64,000 nucleotides of DNA, taken from positions 5,120,001 to 5,184,000 of the forward strand of contig OZ242311.1 of NCBI GenBank assembly GCA_965207885.1, read 5' to 3'. Source of the stretch: Candidatus Latescibacterota bacterium (lineage in GTDB: Bacteria > Latescibacterota > UBA2968). Position numbers and translations under genes: made by a program. This document shows, one piece after another, positions 48,898 to 58,632 of this stretch. Under the pieces are notes generated by a model. The model was not told where the DNA came from. It did not search any database and was given only the letters and a program-made list of their open reading frames with translations. The stretch's first letter is position 1. Each line of letters starts with the position of its first letter.

Positions 48898-50448
48898 ATG
48901 AAAACGCTTCTGCTTTTTGTGCCCTCTGCTGCGGCGATAGCCCTGCTGATGTGGCACGCCTGGTCCCATCGGGGCCGCCGCATTGCGCTGAGTTTTTTCA
49001 TCTCGGCATTTCTATTTGGTGTCGTGCGGGGAAATGTGATTCACTGGATCACAGTGGAATCGCAGGGCGGCGTGATGCCCTATGTATTCACGCAGCCGGT
49101 AGTACAAATTTTTTCAGCGTCTCTACAAGCGGTAATCGGATGGATTTTTGCCCTCTATGTGAGTTGGTGGCTAGCCGAGCGGGTGCTGGCACGGATACCC
49201 GCGCTTAAAGGCGATTTAATGGCCACTGTAGGGATGACTTGCGTGGGAATGGCAGCCGTGGGATATGGGGTAGAAGGCGGAGCGGCGGCCGCGGGCTGGT
49301 GGCTGTGGAGCATACCGACGTACAATCGTTTCTTTGCAGGTGTGCCAACCGTGGGAATAGCGGAGTGGTTTGCGGTGGGATTCGAGTTCTTTATCCCCTA
49401 TTTTCTGGCATTCTGTACGCCCTATCGGCGCAGGGTCTGGGCGCACGCGCTGTGGGGCGTATTTCTTTTTCACCTGTCTTTACACCTGTTTTCCGAGCCG
49501 ATTTCACGCGCGGTACCCACGCAACCCTTTGTAATCTGGCACTGGATAAGCATCCTGACTCTGGGCGTTCTGGCACTGACCGGCGCAGGCTCAACAACCT
49601 TGGAAACAGCCGAAAGCAAGCAAAGGTCTCGGCATGAATTGATGTGGGTGTGCATAGGGCTGTTCACAGCGGTAATGATCGTAGCGCAGGTGGGCATTGG
49701 CGGACGACCAGATCTGTTAATTTCGCTGATTCCCCTCGCCCTGCTATGTCTCATGGCATTGCCAAAAGTATCCATGCCCTATATTCTGGCTTCTGCGGTT
49801 ATCGCCTGGGTAGCTGAGGGATTCGGTACAGGTTTTGTCACATCACCGGTAGCCGCGGTCTTATTCCTGCAGGGCCGTGCCTGGTGGGGCAGGCAATGGC
49901 TTTTCCGCATCGGCGTAGTCGCATTATTTGTGGGCATCGGATTGGGCGTTTATCGCTCGGGAGTGGCATTGAGCCGACAGTGCGCGGTTTACATGATGCA
50001 CCTGGAGCGGGCGGCGCGCCACGCGGGAAATGGTCGGATGGACCTGGCCGCGCGCGAGCAAGCAGCAGCCGACGCGCTGGCTCCCGGAGATGTAGAAGCC
50101 TATTTGCAAATCGGATATGCACTGAATCGGCGGGGATTTCTCGGCCTGGCCATTGCCCAGTTTCGAAAAGCCCTCGACCTGGAACCCACGCTTTTCACAG
50201 CGCATTACGATCTGGGAATGGCTCTGGAAAGATTCCGAGATACGGCGGGTGCAGAAGCGTCATTTCGCCGCTCAATCGAGCTGTCACCCCGGTTCTACGA
50301 TGGCCATGTGAAGTTGGGAACGCTATTGCTCAATCAGGGTCGCACGGACTCGGCACAGGTGTATTTCGAACGCGCGGTTCAAATCGACCCGACCCATCCA
50401 GATGCGCGGCGGGGCCTGCAAATGATTCGGAATATAGAAGTCAAATAA
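48898..50448 (+). CDS. CruF-like (carotenoid biosynthesis DUF422-type) membrane protein with C-terminal TPRs
   Basis: WHAW...G, IGW...Y and GWW.W....FFAGVP....EWF resemble the CruF family. Followed by extra TM segments and 3-4 TPRs. Confidence 0.55.
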   Translation: MKTLLLFVPSAAAIALLMWHAWSHRGRRIALSFFISAFLFGVVRGNVIHWITVESQGGVMPYVFTQPVVQIFSASLQAVIGWIFALYVSWWLAERVLARIPALKGDLMATVGMTCVGMAAVGYGVEGGAAAAGWWLWSIPTYNRFFAGVPTVGIAEWFAVGFEFFIPYFLAFCTPYRRRVWAHALWGVFLFHLSLHLFSEPISRAVPTQPFVIWHWISILTLGVLALTGAGSTTLETAESKQRSRHELMWVCIGLFTAVMIVAQVGIGGRPDLLISLIPLALLCLMALPKVSMPYILASAVIAWVAEGFGTGFVTSPVAAVLFLQGRAWWGRQWLFRIGVVALFVGIGLGVYRSGVALSRQCAVYMMHLERAARHAGNGRMDLAAREQAAADALAPGDVEAYLQIGYALNRRGFLGLAIAQFRKALDLEPTLFTAHYDLGMALERFRDTAGAEASFRRSIELSPRFYDGHVKLGTLLLNQGRTDSAQVYFERAVQIDPTHPDARRGLQMIRNIEVK

Positions 50449-50449
50449 G

Positions 50450-51442
50450 TCAATTCTTAATCACAAAAATATCATCCGCCACCAGAAAGGGTTCGCCCTG
50501 ACCAATAATCGGCGCCGAGATAACCGTGCGATTGCCAGTATCGATATCCACGCGGTAGATAACGGTGCGATCTGCCACCAGAAGCTCGTCGAGGATATTA
50601 AAAGCGAGGCCAGAGGGAATATCGGGCAACTCACCCTCGCCCGTAAAAGGGCTTGAAATAATAGTGCGATCTCCACTGATAGGATCAATTCGGATAACAG
50701 CGGCCTGGCCGATATCCGTGACAAAAATTGTATTCAGGCTATTTAGAACAATCCCTTCCGGATCCATCAATCGGGGTCCCTCACCCATTTCTGGACCAGA
50801 GACGACCGTGCGGTCACCACTGTTGGGATCAATGCGAAAAATACGTCCCTCACCCCCCTGTGAAACTGAGCCGACTACCAATAGGAGATTGCCATCGGCA
50901 TCCAGGGCAAACTGCTTGATACCACCAGTAAAGGGCGGGCCATCACCTCGACCGGGACCAGAGACAACTGTGCGATCTCCACTATTGGGATCAACGCGAA
51001 AAATAGTAGCAGATGGCTGATCGCCAACTATGAGTTGTCCAGATGATTCTCGCACCAGACCGACCGGTCCCAAAAACGCGGGACCTGAACCGATAATCGG
51101 GACATTGGGATCAACAGGGCTACCGCCTGAAGACACGATAAAAAGATCGCCCGTTCGGACATCGAACCGCAGGACAATGGGCAGACCGCTTCCAGAGAGA
51201 GCCATCAGAAGGTCCCCATTGGCATCCCGGGCGATCTGCCGGGGAACACCGCCGATGCGGTCATTGACAACGGTGCGGTCTCCCGTACTGGGATGGATGC
51301 GAAAAAGCGCGCGCTGGGCGGCATCTGTGAGCAAAATATCGCCCTCGGATAAAACAGGGATATCTTCGGGATCGAGACCCTTATCGGACGAACCACAGGC
51401 GACCGCGAAACAGACCAACCAAACCAGTAAGAATCGATTCAT
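50450..51442 (-). CDS. Lipoprotein with repeated beta-propeller blades (NHL/SMP-30-like)
   Basis: Lipobox VAC. About 6 repeats of IFR(I/V)DP.(S/T)GDRT(V/I)(V/I)S. Confidence 0.7.
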   Translation of the reverse strand: MNRFLLVWLVCFAVACGSSDKGLDPEDIPVLSEGDILLTDAAQRALFRIHPSTGDRTVVNDRIGGVPRQIARDANGDLLMALSGSGLPIVLRFDVRTGDLFIVSSGGSPVDPNVPIIGSGPAFLGPVGLVRESSGQLIVGDQPSATIFRVDPNSGDRTVVSGPGRGDGPPFTGGIKQFALDADGNLLLVVGSVSQGGEGRIFRIDPNSGDRTVVSGPEMGEGPRLMDPEGIVLNSLNTIFVTDIGQAAVIRIDPISGDRTIISSPFTGEGELPDIPSGLAFNILDELLVADRTVIYRVDIDTGNRTVISAPIIGQGEPFLVADDIFVIKN

Positions 51443-51541
51443 AAATGCATTCCCCATCGACAAATAGTGTGACTACCCAATGATACCGCAGTGGGTAGTC
51501 GCTGTCAACATAAGACACAAAGCCTTTCTCAGGAGACGTAT

Positions 51542-53326
51542 GTGATCACTAAAAGCGGTTTATGGCTAATTATTCTGGTCTTCCTGGGATGCGCGTCCAA
51601 ATCCGACGACTGGATACAAATTTTGGAGCATCCCAATGCTGCAGAGCGCGCCCGCGCAGCGATACAGATAGGGGAAATAGGTGACCGACGTGCGGTACCA
51701 GCTCTCATTCAAACTCTGAAAGACCGAGAACCACAGGTAAGATTGGCCGCAAGCGAAGCCCTGGGTAAATTGGGAGATCGGCAAGCAGTGGATTCGCTGA
51801 TTGCGATTGTTCGCGACCCAAATGTCATGGTAGGTCTGGCCGTAGTCGAAGCCCTGGGCAATATCGGAGGCGAAAAGGCTGTAGAAACCTTACTGAGAAT
51901 CGCACAAGAGCGAGAAGGGGCCCTGAGCCTGGGCGCAATTCAAAGTCTGGGTACCGCGAGTGGCGACCGATCCGTAAAGGCACTGACCACCGCGCTGACC
52001 GATAGGGTACGCGATGTGCGGTGGGTCGCCGCACTGACCCTTGCCCGCACAAAAAGTCAACAGGCTCTGGCACCCCTGATTGAGGCACTGCCGCAGGCGG
52101 ACAGAGAACTGCGCCGGGTAATGGTATGGGCACTCAACACCATCGATCCATCGTGGCGTACTTCTGCACCTGCTGAAGAAGCGATCAATCGCCTGATTGA
52201 CGGATTAAAGCTGCCAAACCAATCGCGCTACCAGGTAGTTCAGGTACTATCGGAAATGGATGCCGGGTGGAAAACGCGTGCGGATGCTACCATGGACTTT
52301 TTTGTCGCACAACTGGCGAACGGAGACCTGATCACACGGATGCAGGCTGTCGAAGCCCTGGGGCAGATCGGAGACGCCCGGGTCGTTCCGTCTTTACTCG
52401 GGGCACTAAAAAATCCAAATATCCAGGTGCAGTACATCGCTATAAAAGCCCTGGGCGAACTGCGCGATACGCGAGCCGTTGAACCACTGGTAGAAGCCCT
52501 CGAACATCGTGATCCCGGCATCGTTTCAACCGCTGCACTGGCCCTGGGCGAACTGCGCGATACGCGAGCCGTCGAACCACTCATGACCATCCTGTCCAAT
52601 ACAGAACACGGCGTATTTCGCCTGGGAGCAATACAAACTCTGGGAGTGCTGAAGGACCCCCGTGCAACAGCTTTGCTAACTGAGCAGTTGGACGACACAT
52701 CGGTACAGGTCCGGCGCATTGCGACCGAGGCTTTGGGAGAAATTGGGGACCGCGGTGCCATCGCTCCCCTGTTGAAAACGCTGAACGATCAGTCAGCCGA
52801 AGTGCGCTGGGCAGCGGCCGACGCCCTGGGATCAATCGGCGATGCGTCTGTGGCGGATTCCCTCATCTCAATTATCGGAAAAGGACGAATATGGGCGCGA
52901 CGAATGGTACGAGTGCTGGACCGCCTGGATGCCAACTGGCGGGAACGAGAAGCGACTCTACGAATAGAAACCTATTTTCTGGAACACATCGACCATCCCG
53001 AACCAGAAGTACAATGGCGCTCTGCCGAAGCCCTGGGAGAGATTGCCACACTGAGGGCACGCCATAAACTCCTGCAAGCAATGGAACAGAAACGCACTAT
53101 GATTATAGCAGCCGCGCACGCCTTCTTCATCCGAAACGGGATATCCGAAGCAGAACCCCTGCTCGTCCAGGCCCTGCATCAGTATGGCACCGAGGAAATG
53201 GCTCTAACATATCTAAATGCTGGCCACCCCGTGCTCGCCAGAGCCGCCCACAATTGGGCGCGCAGACAGGGAATGATATTGCTATCTTCTCCCGAACCGG
53301 GTAATATTCGATGGAACAGTGGCTAA
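51542..53326 (+). CDS. HEAT (PBS lyase-like) repeat lipoprotein
   Basis: Lipobox LGC and many VR..AA.ALG.IGD.RAV..L units. Confidence 0.85.
   Translation: MITKSGLWLIILVFLGCASKSDDWIQILEHPNAAERARAAIQIGEIGDRRAVPALIQTLKDREPQVRLAASEALGKLGDRQAVDSLIAIVRDPNVMVGLAVVEALGNIGGEKAVETLLRIAQEREGALSLGAIQSLGTASGDRSVKALTTALTDRVRDVRWVAALTLARTKSQQALAPLIEALPQADRELRRVMVWALNTIDPSWRTSAPAEEAINRLIDGLKLPNQSRYQVVQVLSEMDAGWKTRADATMDFFVAQLANGDLITRMQAVEALGQIGDARVVPSLLGALKNPNIQVQYIAIKALGELRDTRAVEPLVEALEHRDPGIVSTAALALGELRDTRAVEPLMTILSNTEHGVFRLGAIQTLGVLKDPRATALLTEQLDDTSVQVRRIATEALGEIGDRGAIAPLLKTLNDQSAEVRWAAADALGSIGDASVADSLISIIGKGRIWARRMVRVLDRLDANWREREATLRIETYFLEHIDHPEPEVQWRSAEALGEIATLRARHKLLQAMEQKRTMIIAAAHAFFIRNGISEAEPLLVQALHQYGTEEMALTYLNAGHPVLARAAHNWARRQGMILLSSPEPGNIRWNSG
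52448..52572 (+). repeat. Exact 32-bp direct repeat, 93 bp apart, within the HEAT gene
   Basis: GCCCTGGGCGAACTGCGCGATACGCGAGCCGT at 52448 and 52541. Confidence 0.85.
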
Positions 53327-53356
53327 AAATCAACTTATCAAATCGAGGAGAGTATA

Positions 53357-54565
53357 ATGGGCAGTATATACGCAATAGCGACAATGGATACCAAAGGTGA
53401 AGAAATCGGGTATGTCGCCGAATGTATTCGAAACGCGGGCGCAGAGGTGACAGTCATAGATGTAGGCACACAGAGCGACGCGCAGGGCGGCGTGCCGGAT
53501 GTATCGCGGGAAACCATAGCCGCCTGTCACGCGGGCGGAACGGACGCCGTAATCGGACATACGGACCGGGGCGACGCCGTAACAGCGATGGGAGAAGCAC
53601 TGTGCGCCTACTTGCTGCAAGAATACGCCAAAGGCGATGTGGCGGGTATTATTGGAATTGGAGGCAGCGGAGGCACAGCACTCATCACGCCGGCAATGCA
53701 AGCATTGCCCATTGGCGTACCCAAAGTCATGGTATCCACCGTCGCCAGTGGCAACACCGAGCCTTATGTAGGGTGCTGTGATATAGCAATGATGTACTCC
53801 GTGGTAGATGTAGCCGGAATCAACCGCGTATCGCGGCAAGTACTGGGCAATGCAGCGCATGCAATAGCGGGAATGGTCGTAAACACCGTTGCAGAGGCCG
53901 AAGACAAACCCACGCTTGGAATGACCATGTTTGGCGTAACAACGCCGTGTGTAACCATGGTCCGCGAGGCACTGGAAAAAGACGGATATGACTGCCTGGT
54001 ATTTCACGCCACAGGAACGGGTGGACAGGCAATGGAAAAACTGGTCGAAAGTGGAATGATAGACGGCGTTCTGGATATTACCACAACCGAAGTAGCCGAC
54101 GAAGTAGTAGGCGGCGTATTTCCCGCCGGACCTGAGCGAATGGATTGCATTCTCGCGCGTGAAATACCTTATATCGTAAGCCTTGGCGCGCTCGACATGG
54201 TAAATTTTGGCGCGGTGGAAACCGTCCCCGAACAATTTAAAAACCGCACACTCCACGTACACAACGCACAGGTCACATTGATGCGGACGACAGCGGACGA
54301 AAACCGCCAATTTGCCGAATGGATAGCGAACAAATTGAACCGATCAACGGTGCCGATTCAAATACTAATTCCGGAAAACGGCGTATCGTTAATCGATGAT
54401 GAAGGACAACCCTTTCACGACCCAGATGCAGATCAGGCATTATTTGAAACCCTGGAAGCACAAATCGAACAAACGGAAAATCGCCAGATCAAGCGGCTGG
54501 CGAACAATATCAACGACCCGGAATTTGCAGCAGCACTGGTGGCGAGTTTCCAGGAAATACGATAA
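53357..54565 (+). CDS. Tm-1-like ATP-binding domain protein (UPF0261)
   Basis: [39 protein letters not shown] and FHATGTGG. Confidence 0.9.
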   Translation: MGSIYAIATMDTKGEEIGYVAECIRNAGAEVTVIDVGTQSDAQGGVPDVSRETIAACHAGGTDAVIGHTDRGDAVTAMGEALCAYLLQEYAKGDVAGIIGIGGSGGTALITPAMQALPIGVPKVMVSTVASGNTEPYVGCCDIAMMYSVVDVAGINRVSRQVLGNAAHAIAGMVVNTVAEAEDKPTLGMTMFGVTTPCVTMVREALEKDGYDCLVFHATGTGGQAMEKLVESGMIDGVLDITTTEVADEVVGGVFPAGPERMDCILAREIPYIVSLGALDMVNFGAVETVPEQFKNRTLHVHNAQVTLMRTTADENRQFAEWIANKLNRSTVPIQILIPENGVSLIDDEGQPFHDPDADQALFETLEAQIEQTENRQIKRLANNINDPEFAAALVASFQEIR

Positions 54566-54582
54566 ACCACAAGGAGACAACA

Positions 54583-55413
54583 ATGGCAGCAGAGAGCCGA
54601 ACATCAATATTAGAACGTCTGCGAAAAAAAATCGCAGACGGACTGCCGATCATCGGCGGTGGTGCTGGCACGGGAATCTCGGCAAAATGCGAAGAAGCGG
54701 GCGGCATTGATCTCATCGTAATTTACAACTCGGGACGCTATCGCATGGCGGGGCGGGGATCGCTCTCGGGCGTCCTGGCCTATGGCAATGCCAACGAAAT
54801 AGTAAAAGAAATGGCTTATGAAGTCATCACAGCAGTAGAACACACACCCGTACTCGCCGGGGTGAATGGAACAGACCCATTCATGTTGCGGGATCACTTC
54901 TTGCGAGAATTGAGAGACCTCGGCTTCGCGGGAATCCAAAATTTTCCAACCGTGGGACTCATTGACGGATTATTTCGCGCCAATCTGGAAGAGACGGGAA
55001 TGGGCTATCACCTCGAAGTGGAAATGATTGCAGCAGCCCATGAAATGGACATTCTGACAACGCCCTATGCGTTCAATGTCGAAGAAGGACAACTCATGAC
55101 AGAAGCAGGTGCCGATATTGTAGTGGCACACATGGGATTGACAACCAAGGGCACAATTGGCGCGCACACGGCAAAAACGCTCGATGACTGCGTGGAAGAA
55201 GTAAAGGCGATTTGCAACGCCTGCAAGTCCATCCGGGACGATGTGATCACACTTTGCCACGGCGGACCGATTGCCGAACCAGAAGACGCCTCTTATATCC
55301 TCGAACGGGTTCCAGAAGTCGATGGCTTTTACGGCGCCAGCTCAATGGAACGCCTGCCGACGGAAGTGGCTATGACGGCTCAGGTCAAACGCTTTACCGA
55401 AATCCGGAGATAA
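54583..55413 (+). CDS. Phosphoenolpyruvate hydrolase-like TIM-barrel protein
   Basis: [41 protein letters not shown] and [11 protein letters not shown]. Confidence 0.9.
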   Translation: MAAESRTSILERLRKKIADGLPIIGGGAGTGISAKCEEAGGIDLIVIYNSGRYRMAGRGSLSGVLAYGNANEIVKEMAYEVITAVEHTPVLAGVNGTDPFMLRDHFLRELRDLGFAGIQNFPTVGLIDGLFRANLEETGMGYHLEVEMIAAAHEMDILTTPYAFNVEEGQLMTEAGADIVVAHMGLTTKGTIGAHTAKTLDDCVEEVKAICNACKSIRDDVITLCHGGPIAEPEDASYILERVPEVDGFYGASSMERLPTEVAMTAQVKRFTEIRR

Positions 55414-55416
55414 AAA

Positions 55417-55538
55417 ACGAATAGACGAATAGACGAGAAAAGCGCGAATAGACGAATCCCACCCAACCACCCCAAATCACTACGAGCTTCGATTCGCTGA
55501 TTCGCTGATTCGCTGATTCGCTGATTCGTTGATTCGCA
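55417..55538. repeat. Inverted arms of 8-nt tandem repeats
   Basis: ACGAATAG-type units at 55417-55457, a C-rich spacer, then GATTCGCT x4, GATTCGTT and GATTCGCA at 55491-55538. Confidence 0.85.
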
Positions 55539-55548
55539 GGTATAACGC

Positions 55549-56580
55549 ATGATGTCTCTACCGCTAAGCGAGGAAATACAAAAATACACAGTCCCATGGC
55601 TGCAACTGGATTGGCCGATAGACTGGCCGCAAATTTTTGATCGGCCGGGCGACCTCGTCCTCGAAATCGGATTTGGCAATGGACATTTTCTATCCGATAT
55701 GGCAACAGCGCGTCCCGATGCGTGTTTTGTCGGAATCGAACGCGCCTGGGGATCCATGCGCCGATTGTTCAGGCGATTAAACGCCCTGAAATTAAATCAT
55801 GTGCGCGCAATAGAGGGCGACGCCGCATTTTTATTACAACATGTATTTGCCCCGCAATCTCTATCGGAAATATGGATCAATTTTTCAGATCCCTGGCCCA
55901 AAGAACGACACCACAATCGGCGTCTAATTCAAGATGCATTTATAAAAATACTGGCCGAACGATTAAAACCGGGCGGCGAAGTAACCATAGCGACAGATCA
56001 CGCGGATTACGCAACGTGGATCACCGATATATTGACGCGACAATCGGACCTGCAATCCATTTACGCAACCCCATCTGTTCACCAGTTACCCGGACGCACC
56101 CCAACCAAATACGAACAAAAAGCAATAGATGCAGGTGTACCCATTCACTATTTTGTCTGGCGTCGGAAATCGGAACTATCAGTCGAAACGCACATTCAAA
56201 AGGTCGGGAAAATGCCAAATATCGTTTTAGAAGGCGCATACCAACGCGAAGAAATACTGACACTTATCGGACAGGCCACAGATCAAGTGTGGCGCGAAAC
56301 TCATCGTAATACACAGATCGTAATCAAAATGACAGACATCTACTGCCAATTGCCCGACAATCACGGCCTCATCTCAGTCATGGTACGTGAAGGAGAACTC
56401 GCCCAGTACTTCGGCATATCCCTCTTGTTTCGCAAAAACGATCAGCTATTGGTCAAACTGGCGCCAATGGGTCAGCCGCGCCCCACCTGGGGCGTAAAAA
56501 AAGCGGTGCAAAAAGTGGCAGATTTGATTTTGGAAACACATCCCCATTTGTGGCTCGCATCGAGCACAGTGGGTCTGTGA
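55549..56580 (+). CDS. trmB: tRNA (guanine-N7)-methyltransferase with C-terminal extension
   Basis: VLEIGFGNG, NFSDPWPKERHHNRRL, ATDHADY and TKYEQK. Confidence 0.9.
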   Translation: MMSLPLSEEIQKYTVPWLQLDWPIDWPQIFDRPGDLVLEIGFGNGHFLSDMATARPDACFVGIERAWGSMRRLFRRLNALKLNHVRAIEGDAAFLLQHVFAPQSLSEIWINFSDPWPKERHHNRRLIQDAFIKILAERLKPGGEVTIATDHADYATWITDILTRQSDLQSIYATPSVHQLPGRTPTKYEQKAIDAGVPIHYFVWRRKSELSVETHIQKVGKMPNIVLEGAYQREEILTLIGQATDQVWRETHRNTQIVIKMTDIYCQLPDNHGLISVMVREGELAQYFGISLLFRKNDQLLVKLAPMGQPRPTWGVKKAVQKVADLILETHPHLWLASSTVGL

Positions 56581-56646
56581 GGAGAATGGTAGCGCAACAG
56601 AAACATCGATACTTTTCGCACGGCGTGATGGTCTGATATTGGAAGA

Positions 56647-58485
56647 CTAAAAAACCAGAACCGCTTCGCGAAATTGCCCGAGTGAACGCCCATCATAGGT
56701 CACTTCTATCGGAATGATCAGACGTTGGGACCGGGCGTGATTTCCCTCCGGAATGGGTATGGTGAAATTGATATGCCCCTCTTGTTTGGCGGGAATTGTT
56801 ATCTCTTGTTGCGGCAGGCGGATATCCCACGATTCCGGCAGGACGAGACAACAACCCGCTCGCCGCGCCTCTTCGGAGTGGTTGGTGAAATAGATGTGCA
56901 AATTGACAGAGTGCTTTGACCCGACTTCCTGCTCGTAGGGATCAGCCCGAATCCAATGTTCGTCGAGTCCGTAATTCGCGTGGTCCCAGGCGCACAAATC
57001 GGTGTAGAGTGTTTCCCGTTCGGCGAGATTTTCCCGCATCAGTCGAATCTCTTCAGGGATAAAATCGAAGGCACAGTTAACGTGGCAGTTAAAGATATGA
57101 GTCGGTTTCAACTCTTCAATGAGAGCGAGACATCGGTCATAGCCAACGGCGCTGCCGAGCAGGTTGCGATTCCCAGTGCAGTAGTCATCAATTCCCGCCA
57201 TTGTAAACGAATCTCCTGCGAAGAACAAGCGCACCCCGTTCCCTTCGACCAGTAATCCGCCGTGATAATACGTCTGACCGGGGAAGTGGTAGGCGGTCAT
57301 CTGGAACTCGTTCCATTGCCACGATTCGCCATCACGCGTCCGCTGGTGAATGCGTGCAACAGAAGGGGAAATACACGGAATGCGGAATCGCTGCGGTTTT
57401 TCAATGACCTGGGCAACGACGCGGTCTGTCAGTGTCTTACACGGATAAACCGCTTGAAATTGGGGGACAGCATCTACATGGTCGTCGTGGTAATGTGTAA
57501 GCCAAAATTGTGTCACATCTGAGATTTCACCATCAGCTTGAAGTTGCTGAATCTGTTGCAGGATACGGGTACTGCCGCAATCCATTACGAACGCTTCCTT
57601 CGTCTCTGAGATAATGAGCCATGTTGTCCCGTAATGGCGCAGGAATGCTGGCACCTCCTTTCCCTCGCGGATGGACATGTGTCCTTCTCGCCCCTCAAAT
57701 TCGGTGAACAGGTTGGGAAAATAATGCCGCAGAGCAGAGATGGCGACGTACTTATCGTAGCACGTATCCATGCGTTCGAGCAGTGTGTCAATCGCATCTG
57801 CTGGCCGGGGCATCACTTTTCCGTGCGCAGGGATAAGCGCATTTGCCTCCACCTGACGCAACTTCTGGAGGCTTGACGCCAACGCCTTTCTCGCACCGAA
57901 GAAGCCGTGATAATCCCGCGTCTGTTCCCCCTTTTGGAGGCTATACACATCCCAAATCTGCCCTTTGTCGTAGATGGTATCACCACAGAACGCAAAGCGT
58001 TTGCCATCAACCGAAACGATATAAGAGACACTCCCGTCCGTATGTCCGGGCGTATTGAGGACTGTAATTTGGGCATTCCCCCACTGAATCAAATCATTTT
58101 CAGCGTAGGTGTCGGTCACGGCGAGCGATTCTGTAAGCATCAGATTGTGCGGACGATAGTCGTAAAGATGCCACCGGTTTTTCGGCTCATTCCAGAACGT
58201 CTCGACCGAGTCGAACCACGGGCGTTCTCCTGCGGGAACACCGACGCGCGTCTCCGGCGAAAGGCGTGTTCTCAGATGTCGAAAACCGGAGGCTCCATCG
58301 CGGTGATGATGCGTGAAAAGGACGGTATCGAGAGTCGTTATCCCGAGCGCATTGAGCGTTTCTTTGACATCGCCGTTGCCGCAATCAATTAAGAGGGCAC
58401 GCTCGCCGTCGCACAAAATACCAACGTTGATACAATCGCAGTGAACGAACAGGTGCTCCGTGAGTTGAAAGTATTGAAGGGGCAT
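56647..58485 (-). CDS. Double metallo-beta-lactamase-fold hydrolase with C-terminal Ig-like domain
   Basis: THHHRDG...TPGHT...GD and a second THYHDDH...PGQT...GDS. RBS GAGGAG. Confidence 0.8.
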   Translation of the reverse strand: MPLQYFQLTEHLFVHCDCINVGILCDGERALLIDCGNGDVKETLNALGITTLDTVLFTHHHRDGASGFRHLRTRLSPETRVGVPAGERPWFDSVETFWNEPKNRWHLYDYRPHNLMLTESLAVTDTYAENDLIQWGNAQITVLNTPGHTDGSVSYIVSVDGKRFAFCGDTIYDKGQIWDVYSLQKGEQTRDYHGFFGARKALASSLQKLRQVEANALIPAHGKVMPRPADAIDTLLERMDTCYDKYVAISALRHYFPNLFTEFEGREGHMSIREGKEVPAFLRHYGTTWLIISETKEAFVMDCGSTRILQQIQQLQADGEISDVTQFWLTHYHDDHVDAVPQFQAVYPCKTLTDRVVAQVIEKPQRFRIPCISPSVARIHQRTRDGESWQWNEFQMTAYHFPGQTYYHGGLLVEGNGVRLFFAGDSFTMAGIDDYCTGNRNLLGSAVGYDRCLALIEELKPTHIFNCHVNCAFDFIPEEIRLMRENLAERETLYTDLCAWDHANYGLDEHWIRADPYEQEVGSKHSVNLHIYFTNHSEEARRAGCCLVLPESWDIRLPQQEITIPAKQEGHINFTIPIPEGNHARSQRLIIPIEVTYDGRSLGQFREAVLVF

Positions 58486-58632
58486 GTGGTCTCCTCGTGT
58501 TTGACTTGTAGATCTGTAAATGCTTTCTTCACGCATTTGACGTATCAATTGGACCTGATTCAAGAATAAGCGAATACTGTCGCAAGGTGCTAATCGCGTC
58601 GAGTACAGTCAACAATTGGAGATAATAGTAAC

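Noticed and set aside
53330-54310. 326-aa minus-strand ORF and similar long antisense ORFs (31469..32296, 35103..35780, 21484..22149)
   Set aside because: Shadows of well-supported + strand genes, with no recognisable motifs.
55491-55538. Possible CRISPR array
   Set aside because: 8-nt units with no spacers, and no cas genes in the window.
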